A stretch of DNA of 64,000 bases from an uncultured Bacteroidota bacterium (GCA_963700635.1 CAVOYH010000003.1:160001-224000); one strand, 5' to 3'; positions 29,766 to 41,171 are shown, counted from the first letter of the stretch. Notes: generated by a model not told the origin, from the sequence alone. A program made the numbers and translations.

Positions 29766-30632
29766 CTACTTCCTCATCACAATAAGCACCACTCCCACAA
29801 CGATAATAAGCGCGGAGACGATTATTCTCCCGGTCATCTCCTCGCCTCCCAGGGTCCACCCGAGCACAACCGCAATAACCGGATTCACATAGGCGTAGGT
29901 TGAGACCCGTGCAGGCGTCGAGACACCGAGCAGCCACGTATAGGCAGTAAATGCCAGGAGAGAGCCGAAGAGGAAAAGATAGCCCAGTGCGAGCAACGAC
30001 TTGGCTGACACCGTTGCAGGGTCGAGGCGAAATGGTTCACCCACGATTGTGCTGAACACCAGCAGCATGCCGCCGCCGGCCAGCATTTCGATTGCCGTGG
30101 CCATAAACGGCGACGATGGTAACACTGCGCGCCGTGAATAGAGCGAGCCCCACGCCCAGGAAATGGTCGCAATCATCAGCACCAGGATGCCGCTGATCGG
30201 GAATCCACCGCCGGTCAGAATGCGGTCCGGTCCGATGAGCAACACAACTCCGCACAAACCGATGATCAGTCCTATGACAATGTGCCGGCTGGGCCGGACG
30301 CCGCCGAAGAAGAGCCAGTCAATCACGACAAACCAGAACGGGGTGGTGCTGATCAGCAAGGCCGTAACGCCGGACGGAATACTCTGTTCGGCCCATGTGA
30401 CGCCGCCGTTGCCCACGAGCAGAAGAAGACTCCCTATGACTGCGGCTGATCGCCATTGGAGGAGCGTGGGCAACGGAGAACCACGGCGCAACTCCCAGAG
30501 AAACAACAAAGATCCGGCGAGCACAAACCGGACGCCCGCCATCAGAAACGGGGGCAAGGTCTCAACACCAAACCGTATCGCAAGATACGTGGAACCCCAG
30601 ATGACGTACACCGTCACGAAGGCCAGGAGCAC
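29766..30632 (-). CDS. EamA/DMT family transporter (YedA-like)
   Basis: VYVIWGSTYLAIR, PPFLMAGVRF, STYAYVNPVIAV; start uncertain (frame is open to about 30690). Confidence 0.88.
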   Translation of the reverse strand: MLLAFVTVYVIWGSTYLAIRFGVETLPPFLMAGVRFVLAGSLLFLWELRRGSPLPTLLQWRSAAVIGSLLLLVGNGGVTWAEQSIPSGVTALLISTTPFWFVVIDWLFFGGVRPSRHIVIGLIIGLCGVVLLIGPDRILTGGGFPISGILVLMIATISWAWGSLYSRRAVLPSSPFMATAIEMLAGGGMLLVFSTIVGEPFRLDPATVSAKSLLALGYLFLFGSLLAFTAYTWLLGVSTPARVSTYAYVNPVIAVVLGWTLGGEEMTGRIIVSALIIVVGVVLIVMRK

Positions 30633-30705
30633 CTTTACCTGTGAAGGTGCGGCAGCGTTATCAGCGGGTGGTATGATGTGCGCGGCTCCGTTCTACCTGT
30701 CGTGT

Positions 30706-33174
30706 TTACTTTTCCGGATTAAGGATCTTTGTGATCCGGTACCTGCAATCCTGGATGTGTGCGCGCATCTCGCGGTCCGCGGCGTTTGGCAACGCACTGG
30801 CAAGGAGCGCATCCAGGTCGTGCAGTTCAGCCCGCATGATCGCGCGTGCTTCTCCTGGCAGCGGGGTGCTCATGCTCATCACCACTGCCGCCGGCATGCC
30901 CGCCGGGGCAGACGGGACCGGTGGCGGATTCAGCTTCGTGTTCAGCAGGTCCAGATAAGCGCGCTGCAGATTCCGGCGATAGAGGTCCGCAGACACCTTC
31001 CTGCCTCCCAGTTCGGTCCAGATCCCTGTGCGCACGTCAGCCATCATCTCACTTAACCGGTACGGCCGGTACGATGTTCCGGGAAGCGCCTGTATGTTCA
31101 CGATGCGGGCCAGCCGCCCGTTGTCCAGCAGGGTGGCAAGCACGTTCCGTTGGCCCTGCAACACACGCTCGGCGGTCCCGCTGGGTTCGATGAGCGCAAG
31201 GATGTCAGGTTTCAGGATTTCCAGGGGGGTACGAAACGCATCAGTAACAAGGAGACCCACGGCTTCCTTCTGCTTTTCGCGCGGGACAGGGTCATACACA
31301 GCGCCCTGCTGCCCCGCTACCCGTCGGGTCCGGGTCACCCCGCCCACAACATTCGCCACGTGACCGAGTTCCCGGTTTCGTTGACCGATCAACTCCTGGT
31401 ACAGCTCGCGCAGCAGACTGTAGTCTTCTCCCTCCTCCGTTGTTGCAGAAAGCAGAAAGTCCGCAACACGCGCAATATTCTTCAGACCATACCGTGTTGC
31501 CGCAACGGCGTCTGCCCCCAGGTCTTCCGTTTGTGCGGACGGATCAACGCCGTCTGCGTCGCCGAAACGCAAATAGGGCTCTGTTTCCTGACGTGCAGCA
31601 ATGCGGTTAAGATGTGGACGTTCCTCATCCGGAGTGTCGACGCCCCGGAAGGGTCTGTATCCCCATTCGACGGCGAACAGATCATACGGACCAATTTTCG
31701 GAATCAGATATGCGTCATCACCCGGTTGCGCGATATAGTTGAACCGGCCATAATCCATGATCGACGCTTCCGTACCATAGTGTTGCGTAAAGGTGCGGCT
31801 TCGCAGGCTGTCCACCGGATACATCGATGTTGCCTTCATGTTATGGGGAAAGCCGAGGGAATGCCCGACCTCATGCGCGGCAATATACAGCAGCAGTTCT
31901 CCCAGCAAATCATCGGGCAATGGGAGCTTCTGCGCCCGACGGTCAACCGCACCCGCCTGCACCATATACCAGTTGCGGGCGAGACTCATGACATTGTGGA
32001 AGAATCCGATATCTGCATCAAGTATCTCGCCGGACCGGGGATCGGAGATATGCGGACCGTATGCGTTCTGGATTTCCGAGGGGAGCCACCGAATGGTCGC
32101 GTACCGCGCGTCTTCGGAGCTCCAATCCGGGTCTTCGGTTACGGAGGGAGGGTCCTTTGCGAGAATGGCGTTCTTGAATCCTGCCTTTTCGAATGCGGCC
32201 TGCCAGGATTCAACGCCTCGTTTCAGGTACGGCCTCCATTTGTCGGGTACACCGCGGTCAATATAGAAGACAATGGGCTTCACCGGGTCGACGACATCAC
32301 CCCTCAGAAATGCCGCGGTGTCTTGAGGTTCGAGGCGCCACCGCGCAATATACCGCCGCCGTTCCGCGCGATGACCGTCATACCCGTAGTCATAGACTTG
32401 ATGTGAAAAGAAGCTGACGCGTTCATCATACAGGCGCGGCATCATGGGTTTGTCGGGGAGCCGGACCATGGAATGATGCATCAACAGACTGATGGTGCTG
32501 AGCGCGTTGTCCATGGGTACCTGTCCCGCATCATAGGTGACCGTCACCCGCGTTTCAATATTGTCCGGAAATGACCGTACGCTTTCAATGAAGGTCCGTT
32601 TCGGGTCAACCCTGCGAATTTTGAACTGCTCGCGAGTCCTGCGATCCATGCCCAGTTCGGTCATGTCCGCGACGTACAAATCTGTTGCGTCAACAACCAC
32701 CGCGCTGGAGTCCTTGTTGAAGGCCTGAATATCAAAGACCATGAGAATCGGCGCAAAGTTGGCCTTCTCCACCGCATACGAAACCGGCAGGGAATCCGGC
32801 GCGATAGATGCGTAGAGAACGCTGCGCAGAATAACACGGTCAGCCGATCGGTCCCACCGGACAACCTGAGTGTTAATGTTGTCACCTCCGTATCCGATAC
32901 CGGGCTGGGTTTTTTCCTGTGATGTCACGAGCAGGTACTCTCTGCCAAATTCGCGTGCGGGAATCTCATAGTAGAGTTTTTGCTTGATCCGGTGTGCAAT
33001 GAACATCCCCGAATCCGACTTCGCCTCCTTCGTAATAACCTCGGCATACGGTTTCGGACCATCTTTTTTCTCGGGAGGTTTTGGTGATGCCCCGCCCGCC
33101 ACATCCGGTGGTTTTGTGGCTGCACAGCCAAGCATGAGCAATGCAGCCATGATGGGTATAGACAGGTGTTTCAT
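30706..33174 (-). CDS. Zinc-dependent metalloprotease lipoprotein (DUF5117/DUF4953, EcxA-like)
   Basis: Lipobox MKHLSIPIMAALLMLGC; HEVGHSLGFPHN zinc motif; SIMDY Met-turn; DPRSGEIL. Confidence 0.9.
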   Translation of the reverse strand: MKHLSIPIMAALLMLGCAATKPPDVAGGASPKPPEKKDGPKPYAEVITKEAKSDSGMFIAHRIKQKLYYEIPAREFGREYLLVTSQEKTQPGIGYGGDNINTQVVRWDRSADRVILRSVLYASIAPDSLPVSYAVEKANFAPILMVFDIQAFNKDSSAVVVDATDLYVADMTELGMDRRTREQFKIRRVDPKRTFIESVRSFPDNIETRVTVTYDAGQVPMDNALSTISLLMHHSMVRLPDKPMMPRLYDERVSFFSHQVYDYGYDGHRAERRRYIARWRLEPQDTAAFLRGDVVDPVKPIVFYIDRGVPDKWRPYLKRGVESWQAAFEKAGFKNAILAKDPPSVTEDPDWSSEDARYATIRWLPSEIQNAYGPHISDPRSGEILDADIGFFHNVMSLARNWYMVQAGAVDRRAQKLPLPDDLLGELLLYIAAHEVGHSLGFPHNMKATSMYPVDSLRSRTFTQHYGTEASIMDYGRFNYIAQPGDDAYLIPKIGPYDLFAVEWGYRPFRGVDTPDEERPHLNRIAARQETEPYLRFGDADGVDPSAQTEDLGADAVAATRYGLKNIARVADFLLSATTEEGEDYSLLRELYQELIGQRNRELGHVANVVGGVTRTRRVAGQQGAVYDPVPREKQKEAVGLLVTDAFRTPLEILKPDILALIEPSGTAERVLQGQRNVLATLLDNGRLARIVNIQALPGTSYRPYRLSEMMADVRTGIWTELGGRKVSADLYRRNLQRAYLDLLNTKLNPPPVPSAPAGMPAAVVMSMSTPLPGEARAIMRAELHDLDALLASALPNAADREMRAHIQDCRYRITKILNPEK

Positions 33175-33206
33175 TCGGCCGTACTCCCGGATAATAGGTG
33201 TGTGGA

Positions 33207-34073
33207 TTATTCTTCTCCCGTCAACATCTCTTTGGCCCTGACGAGCTCCTCCTTCTGCGCTTCCGTAAGCTCGGGATAGCGCAGATCCAGCGACTCCAGG
33301 GTCGAGTTGATGATCTGTGCGACGAGCGCGCGGGTGAACCATTTACGATCCGCAGGAATCACGTACCAGGGCGCCCACTCGGTGCTGGTATGTTCCAGCA
33401 TCTCCTCGTAGGCTTCCATATACTGCTTCCAGTATCCCCGTTCGCTGACATCGCTGATCGAGAATTTCCAGTTCTTTTCCGGCCTGTCAATCCGTTCCAG
33501 AAAGCGCTCTTTTTGTTCTTTCCTGGAGACATGGAGAAAAAACTTGAGAATCGTCACCCCCTGCCGGTCAAGGTAACGCTCGACAGCATTAATATCTTCA
33601 TACCGACTCTCCCAGAGTGACTCCAGGTTTGTCTGTTCGGGTAATCGTTGACGGAGGAGGTATTCCGGATGGACACGCACCACCAGCACCTCCTCATAGT
33701 GTGACCGGTTGAAGATGCCGATCCTTCCGCGTTCGGGGAGCGCCTTCATACATCGCCAGAGAAAATCGTGATCCAGTTCTTCCGTGGACGGCGCTTTGAA
33801 GCTGAACACCTGACAACCCTGGGGGTTCACGCCGGACATGACGTGTTTGATAACACTGTCCTTCCCCGCGGCATCCATCGCCTGAAAAATCAGGAGCAGG
33901 GCTCTGGTGTTCTGTGCATAAAGCACATTCTGGAGCTCCGCCAGGCGTTCAACATCCTTGCGGAGATCTTCGGCCGCATCATCCTTGTCCGTATACGATC
34001 CGGTGTCCCGGGTGTCGTACTCCTTGAGCGACACTTTTTTTCCGCCGCGCACCCGATAGTTGTCTGTCTTCAT
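33207..34073 (-). CDS. ppk2: Polyphosphate kinase 2 family protein (probably class III)
   Basis: AMDAAGKDS, EELDHDFLWR, IFNRSHYEEVL, KNWKFS; ATG 34073 after GGGAGG. Confidence 0.92.
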   Translation of the reverse strand: MKTDNYRVRGGKKVSLKEYDTRDTGSYTDKDDAAEDLRKDVERLAELQNVLYAQNTRALLLIFQAMDAAGKDSVIKHVMSGVNPQGCQVFSFKAPSTEELDHDFLWRCMKALPERGRIGIFNRSHYEEVLVVRVHPEYLLRQRLPEQTNLESLWESRYEDINAVERYLDRQGVTILKFFLHVSRKEQKERFLERIDRPEKNWKFSISDVSERGYWKQYMEAYEEMLEHTSTEWAPWYVIPADRKWFTRALVAQIINSTLESLDLRYPELTEAQKEELVRAKEMLTGEE

Positions 34074-34148
34074 GATACCTCCCGGTTCAGTTCTTCGTGC
34101 CGTGTGTTTCCTGTTCCGCGTCATTCCACTCGGACGTCTTCCGACCCC

Positions 34149-34787
34149 TCATTGCTCCCCTGACTCCCGATTCTTTCTCAGCATCATCACGATTTTGCTT
34201 ACCACCATGTCGATCGCCACGATGTTCTCAGATCCGCGGGGGATGATCACGTCCGCCCAGTGTTTGCTCGGCTCCACGAATTCCAGATGCATCGGTTTAA
34301 CTGTGGACATGTATTGCTGCATCACAGATTCAACGGACCGGCCACGCTCAAGGATGTCCCGACGAATACGCCGGATAAGACGTTCGTCGGCATCGGTATC
34401 CACGAAGATCTTGATATCCATCAACTCGCGCAGCTCTTTGTCCACGAAAATCAGGATCCCATCAATGATAATAATCTCACGCGGCTCCAGCCTGCGGGTT
34501 GAATCGAGTCGCCGGTGCGTGGTAAAATTGTAGATTGGCTCTTCGATCGGGAGTCCGGCCTTAAGATCCTTGATCTGCTGTATCAGCAAAGGGGTTTCGA
34601 GGGAGTCGGGATGATCAAAGTTCACCAGGTCCGGAGTGACTCCCCCGTACACGCTCAGGTCGCGGTAATACGAGTCGTGCTGGATGACGACAACCCTGGT
34701 GGTGTCGAGTCGTTTGAGAATTGCATGGGTGACGGTTGTCTTGCCGGACCCGGTGCCGCCGGCCAGTCCGATAACGAGGGGCTCCAT
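34149..34787 (-). CDS. udk: Uridine kinase
   Basis: GLAGGTGSGKTT, DSYY, NFDHPDS, RIRRDILERGR, FVEPSK. Confidence 0.93.
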   Translation of the reverse strand: MEPLVIGLAGGTGSGKTTVTHAILKRLDTTRVVVIQHDSYYRDLSVYGGVTPDLVNFDHPDSLETPLLIQQIKDLKAGLPIEEPIYNFTTHRRLDSTRRLEPREIIIIDGILIFVDKELRELMDIKIFVDTDADERLIRRIRRDILERGRSVESVMQQYMSTVKPMHLEFVEPSKHWADVIIPRGSENIVAIDMVVSKIVMMLRKNRESGEQ

Positions 34788-34874
34788 GATACAACACACG
34801 TTGTGAGAGGGGCGTGAAGTAGGACAAGATACAAGAAAAGGGGGAAAGGTCAAAAAGCGATGTGGCGCACGGTT

Positions 34875-36272
34875 TTAGAGATCCAGGCGCTTTTTCCACC
34901 GACGCAACGCGCGAGACACTTCTGCAGGGGAAGTGGATCCGGCAGACTTCTTCCGGAGCAGGGAAGCTCGTGGATCCAGCACAGTATACACGTCGGCCTC
35001 AAAGAGAACACTGAACGCTCGATACCGGTCCAGGGGGAGGTCCCCGAGCGCAGACCCGCTGTCAGCACACTCCTTCACAATGGAACCTGCGACGGTGTAT
35101 GCCGTGCGGAAGGGCAGACCCTTACGCGCAAGATAATCGGCCAGTTCGGTCGCAAGGAGAAAATCCGAACGGAGTTCATCTTCGAACCGTGCAGAATCAA
35201 AGCGAATGGTGTCAAACATACGCGCCATGATCGAGAGCGAACCGGTGGTCGTGTCCAGCGCGTCAAAGAGAGGTTCCTTATCCTCCTGCATGTCGCGGTT
35301 GTACGAGAGCGGCAGCCCCTTCATAAGGGTCAGCAGGGCCACAAGGTCCCCGTACACTCGCCCGGTCTTCCCCCGGACCAGTTCCGCCATATCGGGGTTC
35401 TGCTTCTGGGGCATGATGCTGCTGCCGGTGGTGAAGGCTTCACCGATCACGGCAAAATGCCATTCCCGGGAGACCCACATCACCAGTTCTTCCGACAACC
35501 GGCTGAGATGCATCATGGTGAGGGCGCAGCAGGAAACACACTCCAGAAGCGCATCACGATCGCTGACGGCATCGATGCTGTTTTCCACGATGCCGGACAG
35601 GCCCAGCCGCCGTGCTGTGGATGACCGGTCAATGGGAAACGGTGTTCCGCCCAGCGCCGCGGCCCCGAGGGGCGAACGTGCAGCCCGCTTCAGAGCGTCG
35701 CCAAACCGGCCACGGTCACGTTCAAACATCTCAACGTAGGCCAGCAGATGATGTGCCAGAAGTATCGGCTGGGCCCGCTGGAGATGTGTATAGCCGGGCA
35801 TCATCAGATCGTTGTACGCGTGAGCTTTTTGCACAAGGACACGCTGCAGATTGCGGAGGAGATCCTGCACCCTGGGTATTTCCCGCCGGAGATAAAGACG
35901 TTCGTCAAGCGCGACCTGATCATTCCGGCTCCGGGCGGTATGCAGCATCTTTCCAATCGCGCCGACCTTCCGAACGAGGCGATACTCGATCGCCATGTGG
36001 ATGTCATCTGTGGCAAGCCGTGCGGGGGTGCCGCCGCCGGGGTGCCCGGGCAGGCGTCCCGCCTCGATCTCCTTGCGGATCTCCATCAGCGCGGTCCGGA
36101 TTTTTCTGGCCGCCGCAGCGGGTATGATCTTCTGCTTCGCAAGCATGGTGACGTGGGCAATGCTGCCATCAATGTCTTCGCGGTAGAGACGCTGATCAAC
36201 TGCCAGCGACGACGAGAATTTCTGTGCCTCGTCGTCCAGAGGAGTCCGGAACCGGCCACGGGGTGGTGTCAT
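34875..36272 (-). CDS. argH: Argininosuccinate lyase
   Basis: [43 protein letters not shown]. Confidence 0.97.
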   Translation of the reverse strand: MTPPRGRFRTPLDDEAQKFSSSLAVDQRLYREDIDGSIAHVTMLAKQKIIPAAAARKIRTALMEIRKEIEAGRLPGHPGGGTPARLATDDIHMAIEYRLVRKVGAIGKMLHTARSRNDQVALDERLYLRREIPRVQDLLRNLQRVLVQKAHAYNDLMMPGYTHLQRAQPILLAHHLLAYVEMFERDRGRFGDALKRAARSPLGAAALGGTPFPIDRSSTARRLGLSGIVENSIDAVSDRDALLECVSCCALTMMHLSRLSEELVMWVSREWHFAVIGEAFTTGSSIMPQKQNPDMAELVRGKTGRVYGDLVALLTLMKGLPLSYNRDMQEDKEPLFDALDTTTGSLSIMARMFDTIRFDSARFEDELRSDFLLATELADYLARKGLPFRTAYTVAGSIVKECADSGSALGDLPLDRYRAFSVLFEADVYTVLDPRASLLRKKSAGSTSPAEVSRALRRWKKRLDL

Positions 36273-37522
36273 GAGCCGGACTCAGCCAACGCGATCAGTT
36301 TGGACGGGGTATGCAGAGTCACTCCGCTGCCGTTCACCTCGTTGTACGTCTTCACAGGAAGCCCGTAGATGGCAATAAAACCCTGCGAGGCTTTGTGGTC
36401 AAACGTATCTTCCTCGGTGTACGTCGCCAGCTTGGTGTTGTACAGAGAATGAACCGAGGACCGCCCTGCGATAGTGACGTTACCGCGGTAGAGCTTGACG
36501 CGCACAAGGCCGCTCACGGTTTTTTGTGTTTCATTGACAAAGGCGTCCATGGGAGCGCGGAGCGGAGAAAACCACAGGCCGTTGTACACCATGTTTGCAT
36601 AGTCGGCGGAAAGTTGGTTCTTCATGTGAAAAACCGCCCTGTCCAGGGTGAGCCGCTCGAGTTCGGTATGAGCGAAGTGCAGGATCGTGGCGCCAGGCGC
36701 TTCATAGACCTCACGTGACTTGATCCCGACAAGCCGGTTTTCCACGAGATCAAGGCGTCCGACACCATGGGCACTCCCGATCTTGTTGAGGGTTTGCACA
36801 AGCGTCACGGAGTCAAGCGGTGTTCCGTTCAGCGCAACGGGTATCCCCTGTTCGAACACGATATCAACATACTCGGGTTTTGCCGGAGCGAGTTCGGGCG
36901 CCACGGTGCGCTGAAACGCATCGGCGGGCGGCTCGACCATAGGATCTTCCAGCACCCCGCACTCCACACTCGTTCCCCAGATGTTCTCGTCGATCGAATA
37001 CGGGTTCTTTATCGTCGCGGAGACAGGAATGTTGTGCTTCTGGGCATAGGCGATCTCTTCTTCGCGTGATTTGAATTCCCATTCCCGGAGCGGGGCGACC
37101 GACAGCAGGTCGGGCGCCAGGGCCGCTACCGAGACCTCAAACCGGACCTGATCGTTCCCTTTTCCCGTACATCCGTGGGCGACCATGGTCGCACCCTCTT
37201 TCCGCGCGATTTCCACAAGACCTTTGGCGAGAAGGGGGCGGCCCAGGGACGTGGCCATCGGATACGTCTTTTCGTACAGTGCACCCGCTTTGAGCGCCGG
37301 GAACACATACTCCTCCAGAAATTCCTTTTTCATGTCACAGACGTAGGCCTTTACGGCGCCTGTCTGAATGGCCTTTTCTTTTACCCCCTCGAGTTCACGG
37401 CTGTAGCCAAGATCGCCGGTGAAGGTGATAACTTCGGCATTCTTTTCCTCGATCAACCAGCGCACCATCACCGATGTATCCAGTCCGCCGGAATACGCAA
37501 CCACGACTCGTTCTTTCTTCAT
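36269..37522 (-). CDS. argG: Argininosuccinate synthase
   Basis: [37 protein letters not shown]. Confidence 0.97.
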   Translation of the reverse strand: MKKERVVVAYSGGLDTSVMVRWLIEEKNAEVITFTGDLGYSRELEGVKEKAIQTGAVKAYVCDMKKEFLEEYVFPALKAGALYEKTYPMATSLGRPLLAKGLVEIARKEGATMVAHGCTGKGNDQVRFEVSVAALAPDLLSVAPLREWEFKSREEEIAYAQKHNIPVSATIKNPYSIDENIWGTSVECGVLEDPMVEPPADAFQRTVAPELAPAKPEYVDIVFEQGIPVALNGTPLDSVTLVQTLNKIGSAHGVGRLDLVENRLVGIKSREVYEAPGATILHFAHTELERLTLDRAVFHMKNQLSADYANMVYNGLWFSPLRAPMDAFVNETQKTVSGLVRVKLYRGNVTIAGRSSVHSLYNTKLATYTEEDTFDHKASQGFIAIYGLPVKTYNEVNGSGVTLHTPSKLIALAESGS

Positions 37523-37971
37523 GTAGCTTCCTCAATCAATATGTGTTTTAGATAGTTCAATACCTGTTGTGTTTTTGTCGTTGAAACGGGGATCACGAGC
37601 AGGGTGTTATCCCCCGCCACGGTGCCCAGGATGTGCGGGGAGTTCTGAATATCCACATACTCTCCGACCGTGTGTGCGGCGCCCGGAAGTGTATGGATCA
37701 CGATCACGAGCTCGTTGGCATCCATTCCCAGAACTTCGGCGCCCACGATCGGACGGAGGGCGGAGGATCCGTCTTGCGCGGGAATTGCATACTGGGGGAC
37801 TCCTCCGCGCACGATGCGGCTCACGCCGATTTCTTTCATATCGCGGGAAAGCGTGGCCTGCGTAACACGGAATGATCGTTTAGCCAGTTCCCGGCGAAGA
37901 GACTCCTGCGACGTAACCGTCCGCGTCGCCAGGATCTCCCGCACCGCGTACTGCCGCGCTGTTTTTGTCAT
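37519..37971 (-). CDS. argR: Arginine repressor
   Basis: TQATLSRD helix-turn-helix; GTVAGDNT arginine-binding motif. Confidence 0.95.
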   Translation of the reverse strand: MTKTARQYAVREILATRTVTSQESLRRELAKRSFRVTQATLSRDMKEIGVSRIVRGGVPQYAIPAQDGSSALRPIVGAEVLGMDANELVIVIHTLPGAAHTVGEYVDIQNSPHILGTVAGDNTLLVIPVSTTKTQQVLNYLKHILIEEAT

Positions 37972-37995
37972 ATACCGTCTCCTTCCGGAAGGATC

Positions 37996-38844
37996 TCAGT
38001 GGACCACTTCGGTGCCGACCCCTTCCTTCGTAAAGATCTCCAACAACAGGGAGTGTTTCACCCGTCCATCGATAATATGCACCTTGTTCACCCCCGCGTC
38101 GAGCGCGCCAAAGGCCGACCTGATTTTCGGAACCATCCCGCTGCTGACGGTCCCTGCATCCACAAGGGACGCCGCCTGCACCCGACCCAGCGAGTGCAAC
38201 AGTTCGCCGTCCACCAGCACACCCGGCACGTCACTGAGATACACAAGCTTTTCCGACTGGAGGGCTGCGGCGAGGCACCCCGCGGCAATGTCGGCATTTA
38301 TGTTGTACACCTGCCCCTCTGTGTCAACACCGATGGGAGCGATCACCGGCATCACGTCGTGCGTGAACAGGAGTTCCAGAAACGTTGTGTTGACACGGAC
38401 AATATCGCCCACAAGGCCGAGGTCGGCTCCCTCCTCGGCGTGTTTGCGGACGAGAAAAAGTCCGTTATCGACGCCACTCAGCCCTACTGCCCCGCCATCG
38501 TGCTGGTTGATCCGTGCGACAATATCCTGGTTGGTTTTGCCCCCCAGCACCATCTGCACAACGTTCATCATGCCGGAGTCGGTGTACCGTTGGCCCTGCA
38601 CGAAGCGCGTCTGGACACCCAGCTTGCCGGCAAGGTCGGTGATGTCTTTCCCTCCACCGTGCACGATGACTATCCGGATTCCGATTTTCTTGAGGAGGGT
38701 CACATCCTGTGCGAATGTCTCCGTAAGATCCTCATCCACCATGGCCGCACCGCCATATTTGATCACGAACGTTTTTTGTTCGTACTGCTGAATGTACGGC
38801 AGGGCCTCAATCAGGATTTCGGTTTTGTCAGCAATCGTGGTCAA
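37996..38844 (-). CDS. argB: Acetylglutamate kinase
   Basis: EALPYI, KYGGAAM, VHGGG, NINAD, GMVPK; probable TTG start at 38844. Confidence 0.96.
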   Translation of the reverse strand: MTTIADKTEILIEALPYIQQYEQKTFVIKYGGAAMVDEDLTETFAQDVTLLKKIGIRIVIVHGGGKDITDLAGKLGVQTRFVQGQRYTDSGMMNVVQMVLGGKTNQDIVARINQHDGGAVGLSGVDNGLFLVRKHAEEGADLGLVGDIVRVNTTFLELLFTHDVMPVIAPIGVDTEGQVYNINADIAAGCLAAALQSEKLVYLSDVPGVLVDGELLHSLGRVQAASLVDAGTVSSGMVPKIRSAFGALDAGVNKVHIIDGRVKHSLLLEIFTKEGVGTEVVH

Positions 38845-38851
38845 TGCGGCC

Positions 38852-40054
38852 TCATGTCCGGTAGTTCGCATTAATGGTGACGTATTCCCGCGAGAGATCA
38901 CAGGTCCAGAACAACGCTGACGCCGTGCCGCGATGGAGGCGGATCGTAATCAGGATATCCTTGCGGGAGAGTATTTCTTTGGCCTCTTCTTCTGAAAAAT
39001 CAATCACGTAGTTCGACCGGAGGATAGGCAGGGTGCCGAAGCTGATTTCCACCCTGGCCGGGTCAAACGTAATTCCTGCGTTGCCGAGCGCAGCCAGGAT
39101 CCGGCCCCAGTTGGCATCTTCTCCGTTGAGTGCGGTCTTGACAAGGTTGGAGTTCGCCACAGCCCGTGCGGCTTTTGCGGCCTCCGCTTCGGTGTCCGCT
39201 TCCGTAACACGTATCTCGACAAACTTCGTCGCTCCTTCTCCGTCCATCACGACCATTTTCGCCAGGGCGATAAGCACATGCTCGAGCGCCTGATAGAAGG
39301 GCGTGTACCCCGGGTTCTGCTCGCTGTCAATGATAGGATTGCCGGCGCGTCCGTTGGCAAGAACGGCAACCATATCATTGGTGCTCGTATCTCCGTCAAC
39401 AGAAATACGGTGAAACGAACGATCCACAGCCTGACGTGTCGCCGTGCGCAGCACTTCGGGGGTGATCAGGGCATCGGTGGTCACCACGGCAAGCATGGTG
39501 GCCATGTTGGGTGCAATCATGCCCGAACCTTTGGCCATTCCGCCGACCGTGACCCTGCTCTCGCCCACCATACAGCGGACGGCAGCCTCCTTGGAAAACG
39601 TGTCCGTCGTCCGGATCGCTTCGGCCGCGCCGGTCCCGTCGGCTCCCAGATGCTCCACCGCCACCTGAATGCCGGAGAGGATAACGCTGATCGGAAGATA
39701 CTGGCCGATAACACCGGTGGACGATATGAGCACTTCGCTGTCGCTGATACCGAGAGCGGCGGCCGTCGTGTTGACCATGGACCACGCATCGTCAAGTCCC
39801 CGCGCCCCCGTGCAGGCGTTGGCGTTGCCACTGTTGATCAGCACGGCGCGGATGACGGACGACCGGTCGAGCTGTGCGCGATCCACAACCACCGGCGCCG
39901 CCACAACGGTATTGGTCGTGAATACCCCCGCTGCAACAGCCGGTGTCTCAGTGTACACCAGCGCCAGATCCTTCCGGGCCTTCTTTACACCACAATGAAT
40001 CCCTGCCGCCTGAAAACCAATCGGCGCGGTCACACCCTCCTGAACAACCTCCAT
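38852..40054 (-). CDS. argJ: Ornithine acetyltransferase (bifunctional ArgJ type)
   Basis: NSGNANA, KGSGMIAPNMATML, DGDTSTND, DANWGRI, INANYRT. Confidence 0.97.
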   Translation of the reverse strand: MEVVQEGVTAPIGFQAAGIHCGVKKARKDLALVYTETPAVAAGVFTTNTVVAAPVVVDRAQLDRSSVIRAVLINSGNANACTGARGLDDAWSMVNTTAAALGISDSEVLISSTGVIGQYLPISVILSGIQVAVEHLGADGTGAAEAIRTTDTFSKEAAVRCMVGESRVTVGGMAKGSGMIAPNMATMLAVVTTDALITPEVLRTATRQAVDRSFHRISVDGDTSTNDMVAVLANGRAGNPIIDSEQNPGYTPFYQALEHVLIALAKMVVMDGEGATKFVEIRVTEADTEAEAAKAARAVANSNLVKTALNGEDANWGRILAALGNAGITFDPARVEISFGTLPILRSNYVIDFSEEEAKEILSRKDILITIRLHRGTASALFWTCDLSREYVTINANYRT

Positions 40055-40069
40055 GGTCAACTCCTGGTT

Positions 40070-41107
40070 CTACTGCAACAGATGGTGTTCGGGATATCCG
40101 AACATGATGTTCATATTCTGAATCGCCTGTCCCGCCGCGCCCTTGACAAGGTTGTCAATCACTGATGTCACGACGAGTTTTCCGGTATGTGGCTCCACAA
40201 ACGCGGCGATGTCACAATAATTCGTGTAGACCACGGACCTGATTTCAGGAATGCGGGCTCTCCAACGCACAAAGGGTTCATCCTTGTAGTACTTCGCGTA
40301 CGTCTCATCCACATGCCCGGGCGAAACATCCGGCTTAAGATCGGCGTGTACGGTCGTGTAGATGCCCCGCGTAATCGGGATCAGGTGTGGAACAAAGGAA
40401 AGCGTCACGGGCATGTCCGAGACTCTCTCCAGAGTGGTTCTGATTTCCGGGATGTGCTGGTGGGTGCCGATCTTGTAGGCCCGCACGCTTTCATTCACCT
40501 CGGAAAAGCTCAACTCCACCGCACTGCTCCGTCCGGCGCCTGACACGCCGGACAGCGAGTTAATCACGATGCCCCTGGTGTCGATCAGACCGGCGGCAAC
40601 CGCCGGCAGGAGTGCGAGTAGAGCGCCGGTCGGGTAACATCCGGGGTTTGCGACAAGGTTTGCTGATCGGATATGATCGCGATTCAGCTCGGGGAGGCCG
40701 TACACTGCCTGCCCGAGCAGGGCCGGGGCGCTGTGCGGCTTCTTGTAGTAACGTTCGTACATTTCCGCGGAGGGGAGCCGGAGATCACCCCCGAGGTCAA
40801 TGATCCGGGCTCCCAGAGGCTGTAACAACGGAACGATTTCCATCGCCTCACCCGACGGGAGGGCCAGAAACACACAGTCCAGGCCGGCACACGCCTCCGG
40901 CCTGAATGCTGTGAACGTCAACGGTACAACGCCGGAGAGAAAGGGATGGACATCTTCCACCAGTCTGCCGGCGTGCGTATGCGCCGTCACGAGTTCGATC
41001 TGTATCGAGGGAGCCGGCGCCAGCAGTCGCAGCAACTCACCGCCGGAGTAGCCGGACGCGCCGACAATGCCGACGCGGAGAGGATCGGGGATTGATTTTG
41101 TCTTCAT
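40070..41107 (-). CDS. argC: N-acetyl-gamma-glutamyl-phosphate reductase
   Basis: GASGYSG, ANPGCYPT, SGVSGAG, DNLVKGAAGQA. Confidence 0.97.
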   Translation of the reverse strand: MKTKSIPDPLRVGIVGASGYSGGELLRLLAPAPSIQIELVTAHTHAGRLVEDVHPFLSGVVPLTFTAFRPEACAGLDCVFLALPSGEAMEIVPLLQPLGARIIDLGGDLRLPSAEMYERYYKKPHSAPALLGQAVYGLPELNRDHIRSANLVANPGCYPTGALLALLPAVAAGLIDTRGIVINSLSGVSGAGRSSAVELSFSEVNESVRAYKIGTHQHIPEIRTTLERVSDMPVTLSFVPHLIPITRGIYTTVHADLKPDVSPGHVDETYAKYYKDEPFVRWRARIPEIRSVVYTNYCDIAAFVEPHTGKLVVTSVIDNLVKGAAGQAIQNMNIMFGYPEHHLLQ

Positions 41108-41111
41108 GGGT

Positions 41112-41149
41112 ATTGCATAAATATACAAGAAGTTGTATCTTTATGCAAG
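41112..41149. promoter_or_regulatory. Tandem ARG boxes (ArgR operator) between divergent argC and argD
   Basis: ATTGCATAAATATACAAG and GTTGTATCTTTATGCAAG, both fitting TGnATwwwwATnCA (one deviation in the second), 2 bp apart. Confidence 0.88.
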
Positions 41150-41171
41150 AACAATTTTCGGGAGGCTGTCC

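Noticed and set aside
31150-32406. 418-aa + strand ORF
   Set aside because: Lies wholly antisense to the metalloprotease; no family features.
37670-40165. Several 290-370 aa + strand ORFs
   Set aside because: Antisense shadows of argR, argB and argJ.
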